From assembly GCA_018666295.1 (NCBI GenBank), contig JABIZW010000161.1, positions 1-52,817 of the forward strand: a stretch of DNA of 52,817 bases, given 5' to 3'. The notes beneath the pieces are model-generated. The model was not told where the DNA came from. It was given only the letters and a program-made list of their open reading frames with translations, and did not search any database. The DNA comes from Halieaceae bacterium. GTDB lineage: Bacteria > Pseudomonadota > Gammaproteobacteria > Pseudomonadales > Halieaceae. The translations under genes and the position numbers were made by a program. Below are positions 31,978-39,108 of the stretch, piece by piece; position 1 is the first letter of the stretch, and every line of letters starts with the position of its first letter.

Positions 31978-32279
31978 GCTGCAACTCTCAAGAAAACTTA
32001 AAATTTTTGTCGCGTGTGCTGCAAGGGTCGTCAAAAAAGGGGCTGCGGCGCAGGTGTTTTCTATTAACTGTGTGAGGCTGAGACTTTTGACGCGGACACA
32101 GTATTTTCGTTTTGACTCCAGTACTCGCTACCGACGGATTTTGACGCCTTATGCGTTTGTCAGAAACCTCATCGTAGGCAACATGAGTGGTTGTATTTGA
32201 GGCAATTGTCTTCGGCTTATATCAGCCACTTCACGGGCCTACCGGGTTAGTATTTTGTGTGGACTTAAGCGCTCTTACT

Positions 32280-33110
32280 TTACGTGGATGGCGGCGTCCC
32301 GCCTAAGCTTAGGGTGAGCAGTAAGTCTCTGACGACTTCGAGGTGTGTGTGGCCGCGTGATTTTTCGTTAGCCCGAAGCTCAAAAAGATACTCGATCAGG
32401 TCAGTGTGCTCGTCAAGTTCCGGCGAGTTCGCAAGTGTTTTCAGATTTTCAGCGTTTACATTTGCACGTCGCCAGGCGGCGGTGCTGCATTCAATTTTTC
32501 GACACGCTGTAATCGTGTGATTTTCGCTCAAACCCTCGGACTCTAAGAGGCTCCTGAGTTGCCCGACGGTCTGTTCGAGTTTGTCCCAGTCTTTGTCAAG
32601 ATTATGCTTGAGCACCCGTCGCCTCAGTTTTAAAAGGCGGTGTTGCGCCTTCTCAAGCGCCGTGACGTCGAGACCCGCTTCCAAGTCTTCGTGGGGTAAC
32701 GAGTCAAGGTAGCCGAACCACCACCGCTTTACGCGTTTCCACTCGTCGCTACTCAGGAGCCTGTTGCAGCGGCTGATCGAAGCTTCTGACAATCTACCTA
32801 GGGGGCTTGCTGTGTACTGCAGGTCTCTCTTCGAGAGTGAATTGCGCAAGAGATCGACCAAGGTCAGCCAGGCAATGCCTGCGCTTAACTTTTGCTGAAA
32901 TTTTAACCAGCGCTTGCCTTGCTTGTTTGAGTCAGCTGCCGGAATCGAATGTAACTGCCCGGTAATGGCGGTGATAGTACTATCAAATCGTTGCATCGGA
33001 CCAGGGTAGAGTGGCGCTGCAATCCACTCAGCACGCGCCCGCTCAAGCTGCTTACTCAGTTCAACGAGCAAAAGCCTGCGCGAGAGATGTTTCGGGTCGT
33101 CCTCTGCCAT
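32280..33110 (-). CDS. All-helical hypothetical protein, possibly a degenerate CHAD domain
   Basis: ATG at 33110; spacing of segments such as 'WDKLEQTVGQLRSLLE' and 'LLSSDEW' resembles CHAD helices, without the H/R motifs. Confidence 0.5.
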   Translation of the reverse strand: MAEDDPKHLSRRLLLVELSKQLERARAEWIAAPLYPGPMQRFDSTITAITGQLHSIPAADSNKQGKRWLKFQQKLSAGIAWLTLVDLLRNSLSKRDLQYTASPLGRLSEASISRCNRLLSSDEWKRVKRWWFGYLDSLPHEDLEAGLDVTALEKAQHRLLKLRRRVLKHNLDKDWDKLEQTVGQLRSLLESEGLSENHTITACRKIECSTAAWRRANVNAENLKTLANSPELDEHTDLIEYLFELRANEKSRGHTHLEVVRDLLLTLSLGGTPPST

Positions 33111-33202
33111 GATTTCTCTGCTTAGAGATGGGTGGGCTGTGAGCTCCAAGCGGTCATGTTAACATCTCGTCAGACAGCGACCAGTAGTCCCTGGAGAAGC
33201 CT

Positions 33203-34108
33203 ATGAAGCCCACTGAGGTACTTACGACAGAGCAGCGAGACGCCGTACTGCAGCGCAGCGATATCAAGGCCTTGAGCGCAGTAATGGGCACCTGGACGTT
33301 AACGCTGACTACTCTGATGATGGTTGGCCACTTTCCGAGTATCGTAACACTGGCACTCGCGTGGATTGTGCTGCCCGGTCGCCAACTGAGTTTGGCCGTT
33401 CTAATGCATGAAGCGGGTCATGGCAGCTTGTTCAAAACACGAGCGCTTAATCGCTGGGTAGGACAATGGCTCTGCGCCTTGCCCGTGCTCAGCGACTTTG
33501 ATGCCTACGCTCGCGGTCACCAAGCACATCACCGTCTGGCCGGGACGGCAGACGATCCTGACCTTCCGAACTATCACGCCTATCCGATTTCGAAGGCGAG
33601 TCTAAAGCGTAAGTGGTTTAGGGACTTAACGGGGCAAACAGGGTTTAAAGTATTGCAGGCGCTTGCTCGCGGGACTGGGAGTCAAATGAGTCGCGAGACT
33701 CCGACCTCTGATCGGTTGGTGTACCGACAAGTCATGGTTCACGGGGTGTTTATTGGTGTTCTCGCCGCATTGGGTATTGCGTGGACCTGGTTTGTCTGGG
33801 TATTCACGTTTTTGACCTCCTACATGTGGGTCGTACGCCTGAGACAAGTGGGCGAACATGCGGTTGTGCCTGACCTTTACAACCCTGATGTCCGCGCGAA
33901 TACAAGAACCGTGGAAGCACCGATATGGCAGCGTTTTCTGGTGGCTCCCAATAACGTCAATTACCACCTCGAGCATCACTTTATGGCGGGCGTTCCCTGT
34001 TATAACTTGCCTAAACTTCGATCATTGCTCAAAGAGCAAGGGCTTCTCGACAACGTCCCCTCGGTCGCAGGTTACGGTCAAGTGTTAAAAATGGCGATGA
34101 TTCGTTAG
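33203..34108 (+). CDS. Membrane fatty acid desaturase family protein
   Basis: His boxes HEAGH, HQAHH, (EH), HLEHH; TM segments; 'VPCYNLPKL'. Confidence 0.9.
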   Translation: MKPTEVLTTEQRDAVLQRSDIKALSAVMGTWTLTLTTLMMVGHFPSIVTLALAWIVLPGRQLSLAVLMHEAGHGSLFKTRALNRWVGQWLCALPVLSDFDAYARGHQAHHRLAGTADDPDLPNYHAYPISKASLKRKWFRDLTGQTGFKVLQALARGTGSQMSRETPTSDRLVYRQVMVHGVFIGVLAALGIAWTWFVWVFTFLTSYMWVVRLRQVGEHAVVPDLYNPDVRANTRTVEAPIWQRFLVAPNNVNYHLEHHFMAGVPCYNLPKLRSLLKEQGLLDNVPSVAGYGQVLKMAMIR

Positions 34109-34269
34109 ACATTTGTTGCTTTGCTTACCACCTAAGGTCAGACGAGATGTCGACTGCTGGTGTTTATACACTATCTGGCTGAACTGATCTTCCCCTGTAC
34201 ACGTCTCTTCTGAGAGTCTGGTGACCCCTGAAAAAGGGCTATTGATTCATCAGACCAAGGAGGGTCTAT

Positions 34270-34533
34270 ATGAGACGTTTGAGCACCACTGCACTGGTAA
34301 CGCTGTCACTTTGCTTGTCACTACCGGCTGCGGCATTACCCCGAGACGCCCTGATTAACAACACGCTATCACTGCCGGGCGAACTGAAAAAATCTGTTTT
34401 GTTAGAGCACGAGTTAGCTGACGTTAGAGGGGCGGTATGGCCTCTGATTTTTGGTATCGCGACGGTCGACTTGGCACTTCAGGCCTATTACTTTGGGGTT
34501 TATATCCCAAAGACGCGAGGTGGTCGCGGTTAG
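34270..34533 (+). CDS. Secreted peptide precursor: Sec signal + double-glycine-type leader + 32-aa hydrophobic core
   Basis: SD AAGGAGG at 34257-63; signal MRR-hydrophobic-PAAA (residues 1-22); L44/E48/L49/V52/G54-A55 fall at leader positions -12/-8/-7/-4/-2/-1; C39 peptidase two genes downstream. Confidence 0.75.
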   Translation: MRRLSTTALVTLSLCLSLPAAALPRDALINNTLSLPGELKKSVLLEHELADVRGAVWPLIFGIATVDLALQAYYFGVYIPKTRGGRG

Positions 34534-34552
34534 CGCCCAAACTCATTCCAAC

Positions 34553-34578
34553 GAGCCGTCGTACCGGCGGCTTTATTT
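34553..34578 (+). terminator. Intra-operon hairpin / weak terminator after the precursor gene
   Basis: AGCCGTCG-TAC-CGGCGGCT (one G-U pair) followed by TTATTT. Confidence 0.55.
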
Positions 34579-34590
34579 GAGGGAGCATCC

Positions 34591-34830
34591 ATGGCCACTT
34601 CGAAACAGAGGTTAGCTCAAAAATTTGCCGTATTCGCGGTTGAGCACAAGCGACGACAAATCTTCTGGTCGACGATGACACAACCGACCATCACCTGGGT
34701 GGCATTAGGATTGACCTACTCGACCCTGACTAGCGATGGTACGGCTCAAAACGCTTGGTTCGCAGGGATGTTCGCGCTATACGGCGCGCAGATTGCCTAC
34801 GCTTGGTACTTGTCAGAGACGACTAAGTGA
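34591..34830 (+). CDS. Small two-TM membrane protein (putative immunity/partner protein)
   Basis: SD GGGAG; basic N-terminus then two hydrophobic stretches; GTGA overlap with the C39 gene. Confidence 0.65.
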   Translation: MATSKQRLAQKFAVFAVEHKRRQIFWSTMTQPTITWVALGLTYSTLTSDGTAQNAWFAGMFALYGAQIAYAWYLSETTK

Positions 34831-35342
34831 ACGTTCCTGTGTGGATCGTCGTGCTAGTAATTTTATGGGTCACGCCGCTGGCCAATGCTTCGAACGATAT
34901 GCATTCAAATCACATTGCTCTAGTAAAACAGACGTCACCTTTTAATTGCGGGCTTGCAGCGCTTGCGATGCTGTTGTCGGCCGGTACGCCCAAGCCGGTC
35001 ACACTGACTTCGCTCTCGGGTCTTGCAATCACACTGATAGCGCCTGCGTCTCAAGAGTACCGAGATCGTGGATTTTCGGTGAGTGAATTGCAGCGATTAG
35101 CCGCTGCATACGGTCAGGCGCTTACAGCGCGATGGATGACGACCGACACGCTGCTAACTGCCTCGTTTCCCCTCATTGCGTGGGTGCAGCTCGATGACCT
35201 TGGACATTTCACTGTCGTTGAAGGAATTGACCGCGGTCATGTTTCAGTCGCAGACCCTACTCGCGGCTATCTTTCGCTGGATCTTGACGATTGGCAGAGT
35301 ATTTGGCTCCAGGGCAATCAAGGGATTGCCCTGGAGCTTTGA
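34827..35342 (+). CDS. Stand-alone C39 family cysteine peptidase with signal peptide
   Basis: Q35-x5-C41 ('KQTSPFNCGLAALAMLL'), H127 ('GHFTVV'), D143 ('VADPTRG'), 'GFSVSEL'; hydrophobic N-terminus ending in ANA; no ABC TMD or NBD. Confidence 0.9.
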   Translation: MNVPVWIVVLVILWVTPLANASNDMHSNHIALVKQTSPFNCGLAALAMLLSAGTPKPVTLTSLSGLAITLIAPASQEYRDRGFSVSELQRLAAAYGQALTARWMTTDTLLTASFPLIAWVQLDDLGHFTVVEGIDRGHVSVADPTRGYLSLDLDDWQSIWLQGNQGIALEL

Positions 35343-35359
35343 GCACGGCTTGCGCGTGT

Positions 35360-38302
35360 TTACGCGAGATCGTGATGAGTCCAGCCTAGATCAACAAGTG
35401 CCTGACTCGCTGCTGTCTTGGGGTCTGTCAAGATCACCGAACAGCCGACTTCCGGTTTCAGGTAGGTGTCTGTCACCCGCCGCAAATCTTCTACCGTTGT
35501 CGACACAATTGACGCTCTGAGTTCGCGTTTGTGATCTGCAGTTCGGCCGTAAAGACCGTCATAAAACGCCTTTTTGACTTCACCTGAGGGTGATGCGGGC
35601 TTATCCAAGCTCGAAATGACGCTGAGAATAGCCTCTTCTAAAGCCAATGAGTCAGGCTCAGCCGAGAGTACCCAGTCGATCGACGCGTCAAAGTCAGAAA
35701 GGGTTTCTAGATTTCGAGGGTCTCGGTACGAAAAGAAACGGAAGGCACCCACATTGCCGTCGTGACTTGCACCGCCACCGTAGGCACCGCCTTGCTCGCG
35801 TATGCTTCGATGCAAAAAACCATTTCTGAGGTAGGCCGCTAACACCGAAAGTGTCGGCGCATCTGGGTGGCCACTCGACACTGTCGGGTAAGCCTTTGCG
35901 CAGAAGTTTACCTGCGTATTGGCTGCCCAGATTTGATTGCTCCCACCCGCGCTTTCTGACAATGACCACGGCTGCAGGTTTCCGGCAGAGGTCAGTCCAT
36001 GTGCGGCACTCCTCAACTGGTTTGTTGCTGCCTCGCAGTTTTGAGAATCGCTTACCGTCAGCAGGTTTACCGACGATGTGGTGAGTAGATGCGTTCGCAG
36101 TGCGGTCAGTTCCTCACTCAAAGATCTAAGGCTCGACGGATCTGCTAAGCTATCGTCTAAGTGACGGAGGCGGGCGATACCCTCAAGCCCGCTTTGTCTG
36201 TGGTAAAGATTTGCCAAGGGACTCATGCTTGCGCAAGCCGCAGTCATCGCTAGGCTGTGGCCTGCCCCCGAGATGCTCTGATCTCTGCGGGCGCGTATCT
36301 GTTTAACCAATTCTCGAACACGATCGGCCTCAACAAATGACGCCGCAGTCAGTGTGTCCGTCATTAAGCGGGTTTGATCGGAAACTTTGTGCGCGAGCGC
36401 TTTAGAGGACATGACCAAAAAGCCAGAGATGTCATTGACATCAGATCTGGATGCCCGAGTGGACACACTCAGACTCAAACTGCCTACACTTGCAGACTGC
36501 CGGTCTTGGATCTCAAGGTACGTCGTGTCCCCTAGTCCCACCTCAGTGGCAAGGGCACACAGAAGGGGAAGTCGCTCTTGTTGAGCGGGGGTCAAGACCG
36601 GTAATTTCAACGCGATCTGTTGATAGACTAAGCCGTTGGTACCTGCCGTTCCAACAAAATGTTGTGTCTGTTCATCAATATCTAGACGCGTCAATGCGGG
36701 CGTTACAACGTCTTTTGGAATATCAGCAAGACCTACTTTGGGCAGTATGCTGACGTCATCCACCTGATTTTGGCGGTCTTCCAGGTCCTGCGCGAGTTTG
36801 CGGATGTTGTCGATAGCGGACTGATCGAGATCTGCTCTTATTGCCTGTAAGCGAGCTGTCTCGCGTTCCTTGCGCTGCTGGTCAAGTCTGGAGTCAGGTG
36901 CGACAACAAGGGTCACTCGATGCGGATTCTCAAGTACGAGTTCACGTAACCGAGTTTTGATAAAGTCAGGATTCGTGATCTTTTGGCGTAATCGCTCTAC
37001 CGCGGGGCTGAGATCAAGCGCGGCGACAGCGTCGCCGTTATGCGTCGCAGCCCCAAGAGCCCGCAGCATTAAATTGAGTCCGTAAGGCATTCCATCACCT
37101 GTGATTTCACGCTGGTGCAATTCGATCTGATGCAATATCGCTTCGAGTCGCTCTGGGCTCACCCCTTCGTCTGAGACGGTTCGAATAACGTCAAGGACTT
37201 GAGTCTCGAACGCACTAGCTTGGTCCTCATTACTCCCCTCGATACCGCAGCAAAGAACCATTTCCCGCATGGAGTCTTCGAGACCACATAGCGGTGACGG
37301 TGCTGTCCCAAGATCATTGGTTTCTAACCACTGCATGAGCGGTGAGGCGCTGTTTTCCATCAGTACAGAAGATAAGAGCTGTGCTTCCAAGAGTGTGTCT
37401 AGGTCTGAGCTTTCGCCCAACTTCCACCCCATGATTAGGTGTGTTTTGTCGCTCGTGTCGGTGTCTTCGAGGGCGTAGTGATGTGCGGCACGTCTGGGTT
37501 CTGAAAAAGGCACCTCAAGACCGACTTCAATCTGTTCACTGGATTTTTCAAAGCGCCCGAGAGCCTCGCGCTCAAAAACATCATGGTGCTGTGAGACTGG
37601 AAGATTGCCAAACGTCAGTAAAATGGCATTACTGGGGTGGTAGTGGCCTTTATAAAATGCCATCAGCTGCTCGTAGCTAAGATTTGGTATCGCCTCAGGG
37701 TCACCGCCACTGTTGTGGTGATAAGTGCTTGTGGGGAATAACTCAAAACAAAGTCGATCCCACAAGACAGACGATATTGAGGACATAGCACCTTTCATCT
37801 CGTTGAAAACGACGCCTTTATAGACCAAAGGCGCGTCGGGATCTTCAGTTGCCAGCTCAATACGATGTCCCTCTTGTGCAAAGTCGAGAGGATCAAGTCG
37901 AGAGAAAAATACAGCATCTAAATAAACAGAAAGTAGGTTGTCAAAATCTTTTGGATTTTGTGTGGCGAAGGGGTAGGCGGTCCAGTCTGAGCTGGTGAAC
38001 GCATTCATAAACGTGTTGAGAGAGCGCCGTAACATCATGAAAAACGGGTCGCGGACCGGGTACTTCTCACTGCCACACAGCACTGTGTGTTCCAAAATAT
38101 GAGCGACGCCGGTTGAGTCCTCCGGAACAGTCTTCAGCGCTACCATAAAAACGTTCTCGTCCGAGTCGGTTGCCATGTGTAGATGCCGCGCGCCGGTTGC
38201 CAAGTGCAGATACTCTTGCACCTCGATGCCGAGGGATTCAATGGTGACTTTGCGCGCCAGCTCGAAGGCTGGGTGAACTGATGGTGTCGCTACTGCATTC
38301 AT
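35360..38302 (-). CDS. M16C metallopeptidase (presequence protease PreP/Cym1-like insulinase)
   Basis: Inverted zincin 'HILEH', 'YPVRDPFF', 'FMNAFT', 'GVVFNEMKG', 'IREQGGAYGG', 'SYRDP'. Confidence 0.93.
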   Translation of the reverse strand: MNAVATPSVHPAFELARKVTIESLGIEVQEYLHLATGARHLHMATDSDENVFMVALKTVPEDSTGVAHILEHTVLCGSEKYPVRDPFFMMLRRSLNTFMNAFTSSDWTAYPFATQNPKDFDNLLSVYLDAVFFSRLDPLDFAQEGHRIELATEDPDAPLVYKGVVFNEMKGAMSSISSVLWDRLCFELFPTSTYHHNSGGDPEAIPNLSYEQLMAFYKGHYHPSNAILLTFGNLPVSQHHDVFEREALGRFEKSSEQIEVGLEVPFSEPRRAAHHYALEDTDTSDKTHLIMGWKLGESSDLDTLLEAQLLSSVLMENSASPLMQWLETNDLGTAPSPLCGLEDSMREMVLCCGIEGSNEDQASAFETQVLDVIRTVSDEGVSPERLEAILHQIELHQREITGDGMPYGLNLMLRALGAATHNGDAVAALDLSPAVERLRQKITNPDFIKTRLRELVLENPHRVTLVVAPDSRLDQQRKERETARLQAIRADLDQSAIDNIRKLAQDLEDRQNQVDDVSILPKVGLADIPKDVVTPALTRLDIDEQTQHFVGTAGTNGLVYQQIALKLPVLTPAQQERLPLLCALATEVGLGDTTYLEIQDRQSASVGSLSLSVSTRASRSDVNDISGFLVMSSKALAHKVSDQTRLMTDTLTAASFVEADRVRELVKQIRARRDQSISGAGHSLAMTAACASMSPLANLYHRQSGLEGIARLRHLDDSLADPSSLRSLSEELTALRTHLLTTSSVNLLTVSDSQNCEAATNQLRSAAHGLTSAGNLQPWSLSESAGGSNQIWAANTQVNFCAKAYPTVSSGHPDAPTLSVLAAYLRNGFLHRSIREQGGAYGGGASHDGNVGAFRFFSYRDPRNLETLSDFDASIDWVLSAEPDSLALEEAILSVISSLDKPASPSGEVKKAFYDGLYGRTADHKRELRASIVSTTVEDLRRVTDTYLKPEVGCSVILTDPKTAASQALVDLGWTHHDLA

Positions 38303-38310
38303 GTTTTTTC

Positions 38311-39108
38311 CTATGGTTTCTTGCCGGACCGTTCTACCGGTTTAATCCGGTAGAGATAAGGCCATCGTTTACCGCTTAACCAGATTCCCTTGTTACGGGG
38401 ATCAAAAGCAATGCCGTTGAGTACATCGGTACCTGGCTGGCGTTCGCCTGCGGGTAATAAGTGCGAGACGTCAATGATACTGCTGATTTGCCCTGAGGTG
38501 GGATCGATTCGCACAATCTGATCAGTGAGCCATACATTTGCCCAGATTTCCCCATTGATCCATTCAAGCTCGTTGAGTCGGGAAATAGGCTTTCCGTTAA
38601 GCGTGACCTTGATTGTTTTGACTTGCTTGCTGTCCTGCCATACGGACAACTGAGCTGTTCCGTTGGAGACATAAAGCTGTTCACCATCGCTGGTGACGCC
38701 CCATCCCTCCCCAGGCAATGGGATTGTCGAGATAATGGACAGATCTTGAGGGTCTATAACGAGCATCTTTTGCGATCGCCACGTCAGTAGATACAGCTGT
38801 CCTCCTAACTCGGCCAAGCCCTCTGCAAACCATTTGCTAGGAAGATTCTTACGGCTGCGATTAGTCATGGAGGGCCAGTCCGATCGTGCGATAAACGACT
38901 CGCCGTAGAGACCCGAGCTGACCCACAAGGCATCATTCCAAATTAAGAGACCCTGCGTGAAATTTTCGCGATTAATGGCGCGTTTCTCGACGACCTCATA
39001 GTCAAAGACCTGAATCTCGTCTGCGATCAGGTCTGACGACAGCCCAGGCACCATGAGTAAAAGTGTTAGCGCTATTTTTAAGCCCGGGTTCAGGCAGGGA
39101 GTGTTCAT
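38311..39108 (-). CDS. Glutaminyl-peptide cyclotransferase (beta-propeller type), exported
   Basis: 'FTQGL', 'FAEGL', 'LTWRS', 'GEGWG', 'LNELE', 'WANVW', 'VLNGIA', 'GKRWP'; N-terminal signal-like segment. Confidence 0.92.
   Translation of the reverse strand: MNTPCLNPGLKIALTLLLMVPGLSSDLIADEIQVFDYEVVEKRAINRENFTQGLLIWNDALWVSSGLYGESFIARSDWPSMTNRSRKNLPSKWFAEGLAELGGQLYLLTWRSQKMLVIDPQDLSIISTIPLPGEGWGVTSDGEQLYVSNGTAQLSVWQDSKQVKTIKVTLNGKPISRLNELEWINGEIWANVWLTDQIVRIDPTSGQISSIIDVSHLLPAGERQPGTDVLNGIAFDPRNKGIWLSGKRWPYLYRIKPVERSGKKP

Noticed and set aside
31921-32001. 26-codon GTG ORF and an ATG-TTT-TAA mini-ORF in the intergenic region
   Set aside because: The SD-like GGAGA directly abuts the GTG, the ORF runs through the terminator hairpin, and nothing supports coding
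32005-32163. FleQ boxes or a sigma54 promoter in the TTTTGAC cluster
   Set aside because: Only half-sites are present; no full GTCA-N6-TGAC palindrome and no correctly spaced GG-N10-GC element found
34205-34250. TPP riboswitch upstream of the precursor (CTGAGA...ACCC...TGAA)
   Set aside because: The downstream conserved CCTGA...GGxAATxCC...GCGxAGGGA half is absent and there is no thiamine-related gene
34270-35342. Treating the cassette as a fap amyloid operon, a modified RiPP cluster or a mobile island
   Set aside because: No FapB/C-like repeats or FapF barrel, no modifying enzymes, no integrase or transposase, and no flanking repeats or compositional shift evident by eye
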